Below, piece by piece: positions 38,170 to 56,534 of a DNA stretch of 64,000 nt; the first letter of the stretch is position 1; the number at the start of each line of letters is the position of its first letter. A program made the translations under genes and the position numbers. This stretch comes from the human T2T-CHM13v2.0 reference genome, Homo sapiens: NCBI RefSeq assembly GCF_009914755.1, contig NC_060932.1, one strand, 5' to 3'. The notes beneath the pieces were generated by a model. That model was not told the DNA's origin. It made no database searches and worked only from the letters and a program-made list of their open reading frames with translations.

Positions 38170-39650
38170 CCCAGTTTACATTGCACCTGAACCCAAAAGC
38201 CTTTCTCAAGCCCCCAAACCAAATGTTATTTTCCAGAATTTCATTAGAATTGTAGGCCCATTTCATTTTCTTGGGTCTTGATGTACACTGCCTGCATTGC
38301 CAGACACCTTTTTTTTTTTTTTTAAATTGTTTACATCTTGTTATTTCAGCTTTCTTGAAAATAACTAAGCATAGAAACTTGGATGTTTGCCTCTTTTGTA
38401 TTCTCTCATAGCACACAACCGGTGCCTTTCACACTACAGTCAAATACGTATTTAACTGGTTGTACACCCAAAAGAAGTAGAAATAATGTAGCTTTAATTG
38501 GATTTCTAACTGCTTATTTATAACAGCAATTTTTTTAATTTCTGAAGAAAACCATGTTGATTTTTATTTCATTTTTTTTGTTTTTATAATATCTTTGGAT
38601 AACTTCTGAGTTTTTTTCAGTTGATTTTAAGAATCCTTCATTTTAAATGTTCAAGCATAATTTTTAAAGGTGTTAAATAGTAATTTGGGCTAAAAAATTA
38701 GGCTTTGTTGATTGGGTCAGTTCCTATACTGAACTTAGGAAGAAAAAAATCAATAGTTTTCCTAGAGCTTCTTGTTAAAAGTACAATAAACACTCCCAGA
38801 ATTGTGAAGAAGTATAGCACAGTCAAGTTTGTTTGCCCAGGAGCCAAAAAATTAAAGGAACATATGTTTGGCAAGTTAGTGGGATGTCAGATAATGGGTT
38901 TAAATGATCATAGGAACATCTTTGCTGAATTTTCCAGAATTCAGAGGTTCCCAGATGAATGAGACTGGGATCAAGGGACTAAGGGAATGAGCAGAGCCTG
39001 TAATTGTGGTCATTTATTCTATGTTGCTTTACACTTACCATAATTGACTCTTCTGTAACAAACAGTCATCTGCTATGTAATATTCCATTACCTACTTGGA
39101 AAGTAAAAACACCTTTCTAGGATTGTTCTAGTATATTAGAACCAATCACCCCAGTACATTCTGCCTTCAGAGTCAATTAGTACCATCAAGACATTACATA
39201 TATCTCTAACCTAACACTCTGTCAATACCAAGGTGATATTTTCTAACTGTTTTTAACTTACCTAAATAACCTGAGAGAATCAGATAGATGTACAGGGATC
39301 TGGCTTTCCCATTCAGAGTCATCAGGAAATAATTCAGCATTTATTTGTGTCACTCTAAGAATTCTACTCTCAAAAATAGAAAAAAAACATGGTTGAAATA
39401 AAAAAATGTAACACAAACTTATCAAAGATAATTTGAAAGCAAAAAAAGTAATTAAAAAAAGGAAAGAAACATCTTATTCCCATCCATATTTAAGGGCCAC
39501 TATTCATGTTTTGTTGTAATTTCAGTTTTTCTTAGAACATATAACTTTTTTATTCAGAATTGAGATCATACAGTGCTAATTTGTAACTTGCTTTTAAATT
39601 TAGCAACACATTATGAATAGCACATCATGTTATACATTACATGATATTCT

Positions 39651-43240
<3,590 letters not shown>

Positions 43241-44138
43241 ATTCTATAATGTCATTTAAATATTTACATAGTATTCCATTATCTCACTAGTCCTCATTTT
43301 AAATAACATTTTAATAACTATTCTTCCATTTATAACTATTACAAACACTTCTGCCATATCTTTATTCCCATTTTTCTGCATTCATATTAACTTCCTATTA
43401 TATTGTATCAGATAAATAAATTCTCTGTTCTCCTTTTCCTTTAATGCATATACTTCTCCTCTGAGTTCTAAAAAAAATGTTTCTCAAGCTTGCTTTCTAA
43501 TTCCCTCTCGTATCCAATCTAATGCATCCTTCCTTCAGTGCACTTCAGTAGATATTATATTTTTCCTCTCTAGAAATTTCCTTGAGATTTTCTCTTCTCC
43601 CAGAAAATTATGGTCTAATTTTAGGATGTAATAGTTGCTCAGATAACCCAATGGACAAAAATTAAATATTTGCTAACATTTTCTTCTCTGTCTTACAGCA
43701 TATCTGTTTCATTGAGGGCTATTTGTTGATGCCGCAATTCAACTTTGTTCTTTAAGTACGTTTTTCTTTAAGTATTTTCACGAGTAATTCATAAATAGGT
43801 GAGTTCATTCAGATTAATAAGAGGAAGAATAATTATTACTAAATGTTAATTATTCAGTAAATTTTGTAAAGTCTTTCATTAACATGGCTTTTAAATACAA
43901 TATTAGAAATAGTTTTCAATAGGCAAAACTTCTTACAGAAGAAAGCAAGAAGTTGATTTTATTTTGTCAGAACCTTCTTCCAGTTTCAAATCTGTCCTGT
44001 TTTAATCTCAAGACATTCAGTTGCTTTTAAAAAATTATAACTTTGGGTACAGATTTGTAAAACCTATTAATGGCTAATTTTTCATTAGCTACCAATTTCT
44101 TGAGGTTCTTTTTTTTTTGTGGGGATAGGGGTCAGGGA

Positions 44139-44172
44139 TGTGTGTGTGTGTGTGAGGGTGTATGTGTGTGTG
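44139..44172. repeat. Interrupted (TG)n microsatellite
   Basis: Direct reading. Confidence 0.85.
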
Positions 44173-45787
44173 TTTCCTCCCAGAAGTGTAAGAGGGAGTG
44201 GGAAGGAAAAAGGGGCAGGAGCAAAGGGAGTGAGTTGTTAAGAGAAGCTCTGGTAAACAGTCTCAACAAGAGACATAGTGTTTATATTGACATCACCGGG
44301 GATGGTAGCATTTAAAATAAAGTGAATGAGGAGAACAAGAAGTGACTTGGCAAGCAATTATAAGAAACAATGAACCAAGTTATTCAATGTAATACAAACT
44401 TATCATAGATAATTTGAAAGCAAGACATTAGAAAAAAGAAAAAACATCTTTCTTATTCCTATCCATTCATACTTTGTTATAATTCCAGTTTTCTTAGAAT
44501 ATATAACATAAACTTTTTATGCGGAATTGAGAGAGACTACACAATGCTAATATATAATTTGCTTTTAAATTTAGTCACACATTATGAATAGTATAACCCA
44601 CCAAATTATAACCCTTTGGGGCAAGGCAGATTTGATGCATGTAACTAAAGAGGCCTGTTACACCGGGGCATTGGTTGCTAGTGATAGTTTATGGCCTACC
44701 AACAACAAAATGTCTCATCCAGTTTTATTAAAACTCATTTAAAGAACTTCTATTACTGCCATATCTTATGTATTACTACCCAAATAAGACGTACAGAAAG
44801 TTTTTTTCAATTATTGGAAAAACAGGATACATGTTATTTTGCCAGCAGCTGAAAGAACCACCAAATAAAAGTTATTATATTGACCTGTTCTGAGTCATGT
44901 ATTCATTTATTCATTCATTCATTCAGTGATGAGTTAGTCAATTCACTAAAAGAGTAGACACTATGTTAAATAAAACTTTAAAGGATTAGAATAATCCACT
45001 AAGACATTTTGTTCAACAGTACTGGCAACATATTATAAATTGAAGTCTAAAAACTGTTCACCAAAGTGGCTGAAAATGGCTTTTTCTTCCTATCCAAGTC
45101 AGTAATTTGTACTTAGAACCAAAATGCTAGGTCCAAGTTACAACAGATTACAGTTGGATATGAGAAAATGGTTTATAGAAATCAGTGGAGATTTGTTTCT
45201 CTTCACTTTCTGCAAAGGTTCTACATAAATCTGAAATGGTTTCACTTGTGTCTTTTATGATGATCAGGTTTCTCTTTAACATGACTAAGTCCACTTTGGA
45301 TTGTTCATTATAGATTCCAAATAAATATTTATTGTTAAGATGACTAAATTGTAATATTAGATCTTGATGTTGTAGACTTGGACAGTGTCAGAGAAGCCTA
45401 TACTTGAACCTTCCTAAATCCTCCTCAAAGTGTTGGTAAACTTTTCCTGTAAGACAACTTATTCTTAATGCACTACAAACCAGATTTTCTTAGATTTTTG
45501 TTTTCAATTTTCCAGTGGGTGGCTTTCTCAGACAAGCTTAATGAATAAGCTTTTGCTGTATTTCAACATTTATCAAAAATGAGTCACTGCCTATTATAAA
45601 ATTATTTGACAATACCCAGGGAAAGAGTTATAATGATGAAACAAGAAAATGGGAACAATTTACTCAAGGAGAAGGGAGGATTTACAAAAAGAAGTGAAGA
45701 AGCAGAGAAGACAATCATCTAAATGGAAAATTCTTCCTAACCGAGGTATTTTAACCAAGTGGACTTATGAACTGAAAAGCTGAGATC

Positions 45788-45963
45788 TGTGATCTTCAAG
45801 CCTGGCTGAATCTTAGAATCACTTGGGGGAGTTTTTAACAAACACCAAAGTCTGGGTTTCTCCCCTGGAGTATATGATTTAATTTGCTTGGGGTGACGTC
45901 TGAGCATTGGTGTTTATTAATAGCTCTCCAGGTGACACTAATGGACAGAGTTGAGACCACTAG
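45788..45963. mobile_element. MER5A-like MITE
   Basis: TTAGAATCACTTGGGGGAG..CTCCAGGTGA..GTTGAGACCACT. Confidence 0.7.
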
Positions 45964-46992
45964 CCTTGATCATTGTCTCAACTGCCCATATGAAATATAC
46001 TGTATTTCTACAGAAAGTGTGGATTATTGATCTTTAATTTCTTTCGAGTTCCAGAAACATTGCAGTTAGAGGTTAAACACACACAGGCACAATAAAACAT
46101 CAAGCTGTCAGATCTTTAAAGCCAAAGATAGGGTTTGGTTGTTAACACAGTCTTTAAATGCCATTGTTAATCACTGATCTTTAATAAAAATAAAATAGTG
46201 TAGCTTATTCTAAGATTAAACGTTAGCCAAAACTGTTAACTTTAGGAATATAAATAGGAATTGGCAAATTCTTTGGAAATAGCTGTCCGGTATTTTACTT
46301 CGTTCCTCTTGAAGGTGAAAGTGGTAACACATGAAGAGTGATGTAGGGACGTAGGGTGATGTGCAGCCCTTATCAGTATTTTCCTCCATGCTGAGAAAGC
46401 TGCTACAGTTGGAAGTAGTTGGGCCAGGTGTGGTTGATGAGTCCTAGGAAATATGTCTATAAGCTCCACAATTGAGGAATAAAAAAATTGTGTGGGAATA
46501 GGGCTGCATGATTCAACACAATAAGGAAGAAAGTAGAGTCTCCTCAAAAATAGCAAATCTTTTTTTTGCTAAGTCTTGATTACTTACTTTTATTAGTTAT
46601 AGTATTAATACACTTACAGGGATTAGTTGGAAGTCATCTCTGAACAAGAATGGAACATTGGGTAGCAAAGTCCAAGCAGAAGCACTACTTCCACCAACAT
46701 ATCTGAAACCACAGTGCAGACATAGCCCCATTTCTTTCTGTGTTGCCTTCCCCCTCCCAACTGTTAACATGACTGGACTTCACAATATCCTACTCCCAAA
46801 TCTTACTGACACTTGAGGTTGCAGTCCTTTCTTCCTTCTGTATTTCCACTTAACTGGAATCTCTTTCAACCATTGTCAAGGTGCCTAACAAATATCCCAT
46901 TAAAATTTTGGCTTATCTGATTCATACTTAATTTTTGTTAACTTTAGTTCCTTTGTTTGTGAAGGAGGAATATTACTTGTCCTATAGTTTTT

Positions 46993-47866
46993 TATTGTTA
47001 TTATACTTTATTATACTTTTAGTATACTATGTTATACTTTGAGTTCTGGGATACATGTACAGAATGTGCAGGTTTGTTACATAGGTATATGCATGCCATG
47101 GTGGTTTGCTGCACCCATCAACCCATCATCTATGTTAGGTATTTCTCCTAATGCTATCCCTCCCCTAGCCCCCCACCCCCCAACAGGCCCCGGTGTGTGA
47201 TGTTCCCCTCCCTGTGTCCATGTGTTCTCACTGATCAACTCCCACTTATGAGTGAGAACATGTAGTGTTTGGTTTTCTGTTCCTGTGTTAGTTTGCTGAG
47301 AATGATAGTTTCCAGCTTCATCCACGTCCCTACAAAGGACGTGAACTCATCCATTTTTATGGCTGCATAGTATTCCATGGTGTTTATGTGCCACATTTTC
47401 TTTATCCAGTTTATTATTGATGGGCATTTCAGTTGGTTCCAAGTCTCTGCTATTGTGAACAGTGCCACAGTAAACATATGTGTGCATGTCTCTTTATAGT
47501 AGAATGATTTATAATCCTTTGGGTATATACCCAGTAATGGGATTGCTGGGTCAAATGGTATTTCTAGTTCTAGATCCTTGAGGAATGGACACACTGTCTT
47601 CCACAATGGTTGAACTAACTTATACTCCCACCAGCAGTGTAAAAGCGTTCCTATTTCTCCACATCCTCTCCAGCATCTGTTGTTTCCTGGGTTTTTAATG
47701 ATCGCAACTCTAACTGGTATAAGATGATGTCTCATTGTGGTATCTCAGTGATGATGAGCTTTTTTTCCATATGTTTTTTGGCTGCTTCAATGTCTTCATT
47801 TGAGAAGTGTGTTCATATCCTTTGCCCACTTTTTGATGGGGTTGTTTGTTTTGGGTGAAGGATATA
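46993..47866 (-). mobile_element. L1PA7/8-like 3' end with a 14-bp 5' micro-inversion
   Basis: ORF2 C-terminus ORF 47235-47735 plus 3'UTR; TSD TCCTATAGTTTTT at 46980-46992 and 47867-47879. Confidence 0.93.
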
Positions 47867-48229
47867 TCCTATAGTTTTTACTAGAACAAAAAATTTGATT
47901 ATTTTATGGGAAAGTATACTGTAAACATTTGCTACTCAACCTAGAAAAATTCACAGGGTTTACTTTCTTTTCTTCTACCACCAAGCATGAATGCGGTATG
48001 CATTTCACAGATGCTTCTCCTATTGGAATATTCAATGCCAGGATGTACTCATTGCTGTCCCATAATTATTTCAACTTTTGTGGCCTCCTTGTTGCGTTGT
48101 CCAAATTGCTGTTTCATAACTTTTCTACTTTCTTCAAATCTCTACTTTTCTCCCATTTCAGCTGCTGTAAGTAGATGGTCTGCTCTCTATTTGTGGGTCC
48201 ATCTGATGGGATGTCCCTTTAATGTTTCT

Positions 48230-49340
<1,111 letters not shown>

Positions 49341-51756
49341 CACCCACTCAGCCATATTTAGTCTAAATGCAATTAGATTCATATTTAAAAATTATTTAAT
49401 CAGTCTGGCCCATGCAATAACTATTAGATATACACACATGATTCTTTATTGTCATTGTTTAGTGGTATGGATATTTTGTAAAAATTAGTATGAAATAAAT
49501 TACTAGAAATTGTTCCAGTTAATGACACTGTATTTATGAGAAGAAATGAGTTCATTTATTTTGCAATCTGATATGCAATTTTTGCCCTGGAACTAAACAA
49601 ATAGCTAGTGTGGTGTGAATCTCTTTATGATACTGTTAAATCCTATCTGAAGTGTATTTTAAAACTCATCTTAATGTTAAGCTACAGCAAGCACTATGTC
49701 CCATTTATTTCGATTTTATTGAAAGTTCCTAGCACACTGCCTATATCTAGCGGGTAATCAATAAATAATCACTAAATTCACAGAGACATTCAGGACTTGA
49801 GGTAAAATGAAAAAAGCCACCCCAAAAATGGAATGACTGGAGGGAAAATTGCTGGTGACAGAGTAGAGAGATTATAAAAACATTCTTGGCTTGCTTTTAC
49901 ATTATTCTTAAGCCCAGATAAAGTGATGGCATCTTCAGCAAGAAAAAAAGGAAATAAATACAAGAAGTACATAGATTTCTACCCTACAATGTCACCATGT
50001 GTTTCTTATATTTTATCTTTTTTCTTTGTGATTGGCAAGCCCTACATATTTAGCTCAATGTTCATTTTGGTGGTTCTTCCAGAAATATCATAAGATTAGC
50101 TCACTTATGAAACATGAGCAATTTTTCTCCATGATTATTACTAGTAACAGCAATTAGTTAACAAAAAGATTCAGTGCAAGCAGAGCTACGGAGTCATTTG
50201 CTGTTTAAAACTTTACTGGAGGTGGTGATGGGAGAGCCATTTAACAGAGTTTACACATTTTAAAGCAGTTTGAGCCTGGAATTATGAGAACATAGACCTT
50301 AAGAGAACTAATTTCCAACTTTGTAAATTTTCTCATGAAATTACAGAATTACTTTGAGATTCTTCATACAATTCCAGCACTTTTGATTTTATGTTGAAAC
50401 TGGGTTGGCTTAGAGTCAAGCCACAGTTCTTGTGTGTTTTTTACAATTGGTTTTATGCTGCCTCCCCGTTAGTTTGGCACTGGCTCTGTGACATGCCTGA
50501 AAATGTGTCAAGAAAATCCAGTCTCTTGTTTTCATTACCAAGATATTATAGCTTCATAGAACGCTTATTGGGCAAATGACAGTCTCCCTCCACTGTGAGA
50601 ATGGGAATTATATTGGATTTTTCAACACAGCCATTTGCTGAAAATGAACTTGCTGGTGTGAGCTACTGTTTCCACAAGCAGGATGTAGAATGAGAAATGC
50701 ATTAATGCCTTGATATTTGATATCTTAGACTCACACAGGATATGTGGAACACAGGAAAGAAATAAGGAGAAAAAAGGAAAAGAAGTGACCAGAACTTTGC
50801 TTTGATTTTCATTGTCTCTTTTAACCTATAGAGGCAAAGCAAAGTTCACTTTTCACTATGAAATACTTATCCCATTAACTTAGGTCAAATTAAATGAAGA
50901 AATGGTAGTAACATTTTGTAAAATGACAAATAGCTATATAAAAGGAAAATATTATCATTATATTACTATTTCACGGGTAGTAATACTATAAATGCATCTA
51001 TAAGTACTATAAATTAGTATATAGAGTATAGATAGTATAAATTTATAAATACCATACATACATAAATACAAAGAACATATAAATTCTTTGTGAGCTCCTC
51101 AATGCCAAGAGAGACGTTTGGCTTCATTTTTGTATCTATTCGGGGGGTGGCATGTATCTATTTGGGGGATGTGTATGTACTTAGTTTATAAAGAAGTAGC
51201 ATTACCTTAAGATTATTTTGTCATCACCTTAATAATCACAGCTGGATGTGTCTATTAGGGTGAAAAAAACCTAACATTTTTCCTTTGGAAAGATAAAGAG
51301 TTAAATTTTAAAAAGTAAGAGAAAGAAGGATCCCAGAATTCTCCAGTGTGACATTCTGGAAATACTCGTATAAAACAGAAGTATCTATGGATTGATGTGT
51401 CTTGCCTGAGAGTATCACTCTACAAAAACAATAGGATGGAAAAAATATCTTGGTGACTCGTCTATTTCCAATAGATGTTCTCTATTCTACAACGTATTCT
51501 AAATAGAAGGCATGCTTATTCCAAAACGCCGTGCCCAAACTCTAAACACAGTGAAATTTGTATGTCTGTTTCTTTATGGAAAAACTTAAAGCCAGTTTCT
51601 AACATAGTCTGGAGACTTAATAAAGGCTCATCAAAAATGTAGAATTGATTCTTTTTCCTGTTTGTGAATCCTAACAGACTCTCCAGTCCCAGGTCTAATC
51701 TCACCTTCTTGTGGCGATGTCCACAAGTGCAGAAAGGAAAATTAAAAATCATCTTA

Positions 51757-52053
<297 letters not shown>

Positions 52054-53348
52054 TCATCTTGCTTGGCTGTGTTATTTTTACAAAGGAGAAAACTGAAATG
52101 TACAAAGGTTAATTGAATCGCCTAAGCTCACACAGTCTAGTTGTTCTGAGGCTAAAACCCAAATCTTCAAGTCCAAGTCTGTTCACTTACTCAGCTTCCT
52201 CACTGTCTGTAGTGAACCTCTCAGCTTTGAAATTACTAAATAAATGCAGTTTAGGAAGACAGTGTTCTAGGAAATGGGTGAAATGTTCCAGGACCAGCTC
52301 CCTGACTGAGCATGTCTTCCTGACAAAGGTAATAGATGTAGGGGGCTTGCTGCACTCAACGCCTCCTTCTGTCCTGCCTGGTTAGTTTGAGGGCGTTATG
52401 ATGGGAATTACAACACAGGGTTGGAACAACCTCCTTGCCAAGCTTATCATAGATTCCTTTTGGTACCAGGAATCAGTGTATGCTTCAGAATACTGATTTT
52501 GAAACTGGGTCTATAAGTGGACTTCAGGGGGTCAGGAAAGTGGCTCAGCTCTAGCACTGACTCTAGAGGTGCAGATGGGATAGACAGTGGGCAATTGTAA
52601 AAGATTCAGGTGGCCAAGGAATCAGGTATTTAGAACCAAGTAGCAAAGAATTTAGGCAAAGGTGAGTTTTCAGATTTAGGCCAGAGGACAGGGAGGCAGT
52701 TGTTATTTCTGAGAACTGTACATGGCTGGCAAAACCCTCTGCACTGTCTTAGATCTAGAAAAGTCTTAAGGTGGGCCTGAAGGCATCAGGACACCTCTAT
52801 TAAAAAAAATCCGTCAAATCAGAAAACACCAGAAAAATGACTAGGGATAGAGAAGGTGTTCTATCAGCCATATAACTTGTATCCAGAAATCTCCTCTGGC
52901 AACAACAGTTCTGGACAGCAAAAGAAACTCAGAGAATATCATACCAATCCAGCAGGCAAGACAGGACCACTTATTCCTGGGTCTAGAAAGGGTCATGTTT
53001 CCTTCTCACATCTGCTAAATATGGAGAGGAGCAGAGACTGTTTTTTGGATCCCATATTATTTAAGATGGACTCAAGTGCTGCATGGGACTGACTAAACCT
53101 TTGGGTGGGACAGCAGTAAGACTGCCATGAGGAGCTGGGTGTAGTCAGAGGCAGGGATGTTGCTGAAGACTTACAAGAACAATCAAAGTGATGTTTCAGA
53201 AAGATCCATCTGAATGGGGAGTACAGAATGCTCTGGAGGAGAGAATTTGCAGACTGGAAAATTGCAGAAGTCCAGGCATGGCAATGTAAATGGAAGTCGG
53301 GATGAGCATGGTATAGAAACTACAGGTGAATAGAACGGCTTGCCAGTA

Positions 53349-53390
53349 TTAGGTGGGTGCAAAAGTAATGCGGTTTTGCCATGAAAAGTA
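53349..53390. mobile_element. MADE1/Hsmar1 half element
   Basis: TA-TTAGGTGGGTGCAAAAGTAATGCGGTTTTGCCATGAAAAGTA. Confidence 0.8.
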
Positions 53391-53896
53391 CTAGATTGAG
53401 AGCTTAGGAGAGCCACTACATAATTTACTGTGACACACAATTCTATCAACAGGCCAGAACAACAGGAGAAAACCAGGACCGTCCCAGGGAAACTCAGATG
53501 TGTGGTCACTGTGGATACAGGGTTCAAAGCACAGGAAGAGTCCAGGTAGATTTTGGGTTTGGTCAGCTCCTGGGAAACTTAAGTCCAGCCTACTTGGAAG
53601 TAGAACTGAGCTCTCATACATTCTGTATGATATGACACAGGATCACAGGGTGTGATAAATCAACTAGGTATCCCTGTCTTTTTGTTTAGCCCTTTTTTTT
53701 GCTTTAGTTAATAAGTTAATAAGACTCAAATGTGAAGTATTAGTACTGTAGTACTCCAGACTCTGGACTCTTACTAAAAGTAGTTTCAGAGTTTCCCAAA
53801 CTATCTTCTGAGAAATACTGCCTAAAATGATGTGATGATTCAAAAACATATTCTCAAATTTTTGACATTCTTCCCGTTAAGAGGAGTAGTCTAATT

Positions 53897-54920
53897 CAGC
53901 GGTCCCCAGCCCCGGGCCATGGACCATTACTGGCCGGTGGCTTGTTAGAAATCAGGCTGCACAGCAGGAAGTGAGCTGTGGGTGAGTGAGCATTACCACC
54001 TGAGCTGCACCTGCTGTTTGAGAATCTAATGCAGCCACTGATCTTAGTGTGGCAGGCCAATTCTCCCTGATAATCACACAGACAGGCCTGCATAGCACCC
54101 AGTTACACAAATTTCCACAGTGCTGCCTTAACATTGAGCAAATAGTTAAACCTAGGGAAATCGGTGCCCAGACATCAAAGCCAGAAATGAAACATACGGC
54201 CAGTAGTAGCCTTGCATGGGCTTCTCCCTTGCTGGAGCAAGTCAAAATAATAGAAACAGTTTTACATTCCTAATGCCAGGACCAATCTTAGGTCGACAAA
54301 ATCTGAGACAAGTCAAGGTAACAGAGACAGCTGTTTGAATAGATTCATCGGAGAGTCTAAGGCAGCCCTCAGGACCAAGCTGTAAAGGAGATATGATGGA
54401 AATAATCACTCCAGTACCACAGCAGACAGGCCTTGAAGGCACTGGGGCCCTTTTAATCGAACTTAGTATTTTTTTGCTTCTGACCTTCTAGTTAAAACAA
54501 AATTAGTTAACAATAGACTTAGGCAAATGCTATACTGTACGTAGGCACATAATCCCAGCCTACATAAGCACTCGCAAAATTGTGATGCTTTGAGTTGGTC
54601 TGGTGGAATTATCTCCAGCCTTCTCCCTGTATCTAGTTACAGTAATTAACTTCCTTCTTTCCTTGTCTGCTTCTCATTATTGGGCCTCGAGAAAACACAG
54701 CTGGGTCTGGCATGGTTTGGGGAACAACAGGAGTGTGAACCCTATTGTGAACTGTGCACGCGAGGAATCTAGGTTGTAGACTCCTTATGAGAATCTAATG
54801 CCTGAGGTGGAACAGTTTTATCCCAGAACTGTGCCCCCCACCTCCATGCCCCTGTTCCGCAGTGAAAAAATTGTCTTCCATGAAACTGGTCTCTGGTACC
54901 AAAAAGGTTGGGGACCATTG
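53897..54920. mobile_element. MER1B hAT-Charlie MITE, split by an LTR
   Basis: TIRs CAGCGGTCCCCAGCC / GGTTGGGGACCATTG; perfect 8-bp TSD GTCTAATT at 53889-53896 and 54921-54928. Confidence 0.92.
54048..54726 (+). mobile_element. ERV1 solo LTR (MER72-like)
   Basis: TG...CA-bounded 679-bp insert (TGTGGCAGGCCAATTCTCCCTG..GGGAACA) interrupting MER1B; family name tentative. Confidence 0.75.
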
Positions 54921-55011
54921 GTCTAATTCCTCCTCCCTTGAATGTGAACTTGACTTAGTGTTTTGTTTCTAATGAATAGTATGTGGTGAGAATGACACTG
55001 CAGGGCTTTTG

Positions 55012-55310
55012 TTTTGTTTTGAGACGGAGTCTCTCTCTGTTGCCCAGGCTGGAGTTCAGTGGTGCTGTCTCAGCTCACTGCAACCTCTGCCTCCTGGGTT
55101 CAAGTGATTCACGATTCTCCTGCCTCAGCCTTCCGAGTAGCTGGGACTACAGGCGCATGTCACTACGCCCAGTTAATTTTTGTATTTTTAGTAGAGACTG
55201 GAATTCACCATGTTGGCTAGGAATGTCTCGATCTCTTGACTTCGTGATCCGCCTGCCTTGGCATCCTCCCATAGTGCTGGGATTACAGGCGTGAGCCACT
55301 GTGCCTGGCT
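55012..55310 (-). mobile_element. AluS (Sc-like), full length
   Basis: TSD GACACTGCA(G/T)GGCTTTTG at 54994-55011 and 55311-55328. Confidence 0.95.
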
Positions 55311-55788
55311 GACACTGCATGGCTTTTGAGGGTAGAACATAAAAGACGACACAATTTCCACCTGGTCTGTCTTGGGACACTTGCCCTTAGGACTCAGATG
55401 CCAGGGTCTAAAGAGAACCCAGGCCACATGGAGCACCTTTGTGAGGGTGGCCCAGATGGCGCCTGGCTTGGCTTGGGTCCCAGGCAGCAGCCGCAGTTAC
55501 CACCAGACATATGAGAAAATGTGAGCCTTTAGATGTTTCCAGACCCAACTGCCGACTAATGACAATTGCACCAGAGGCTCTAGGCAAGAAAGTCCTGGCT
55601 AAACCCAGGCACATTCTGGAACTGTGAGGGATACAATACTCATAAATGTTTGTTTGATGAGTATATTAAAGTGTGTGTGGTAGTTTGACTGGCTGCCATA
55701 AAGAATTAGAACAGATAGTAAACATTTTTCTACCAGAAATAGTTCTATGATCAAATATCTTCTGAAAATTCTATGTATTATTTTGGTT

Positions 55789-56534
55789 TGTCACCAGGAA
55801 AGGTAACTCAACTGAAAAAATCATGACATCTATACATTTGGAAAGAAGACTTTATTTCTTGTAAAGAGTTACAGCCTGCAAGGTGACCCTTCTGATAGGC
55901 CAGGAAGCGTAGCCTCCAGCAGAGCCCTAAAGGCAGGCACTCTGAAGCAGGGGTTGGAACAGGGATTTGTGCTGAATAGGTTGGCTAAGTATTCAGATTC
56001 AACAGGCTATAGGAGGAGCTATTAATATCCATGAAGGGGATCCTGATGCATGTGTACTGAATAAACGTGCATGTTACCTACCACCCATGTTCACATTCCA
56101 CCCTGGTGGAACAGGGGCTTATGAGTCAGGGTCTGATGGTTGGTGAGCTGCATATGTTTTGATATTGCTTATCTCAAGGCTAGTGCTCCATTAGCTGCTA
56201 GAGAAAAAGAAAAGCCTTGTAGCAGTTACAACATAGTTTATTCTTTAAGTGTAGGAGTGCAGGACTTAACCCTTGCCTACATGACCTTAGGTCTCATTTA
56301 TAATTTAGTATCTTATTGCCACAAAGAGTCCATTCTGTCAGTCTTATAATCTCTATTTTAACATTAATGCTGGTCAGTTGTTATGTCTAAGGCAAAAGGC
56401 AGGAGATACAACAGAGTGTGTCTGACCTTCCATTCCATCGTGACTTAGGTTTTAAGGTTTCTCTGAGGTCCTCTTGGCCAACAGGGAATCTGTTCAGTCA
56501 GCTGTGGGGCTTAGCATTTTATGTTTAGCTTTCA
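55789..56534 (-). mobile_element. MER4-group ERV1 solo LTR (LTR39/MER65-like)
   Basis: - strand starts TGAAAGCTAAACATAAAATGCTAAGCCCC..TTGGCCAAGAGGACC and has AATAAA near its end; no clear TSD. Confidence 0.7.

Larger units (their letters stand above)
53831..55713 (+). mobile_element. MLT1 (E/F-like) LTR hosting nested MER1B, ERV1 LTR and Alu
   Basis: Fragments 53831-53896, 54921-55011 and 55311-55713 join colinearly once the inserts are removed. Confidence 0.7.

Noticed and set aside
55449-55463. CTCF-like GGCCCAGATGGCGCC
   Set aside because: Three mismatches in the 5' half of the core; lies inside an MLT1 LTR
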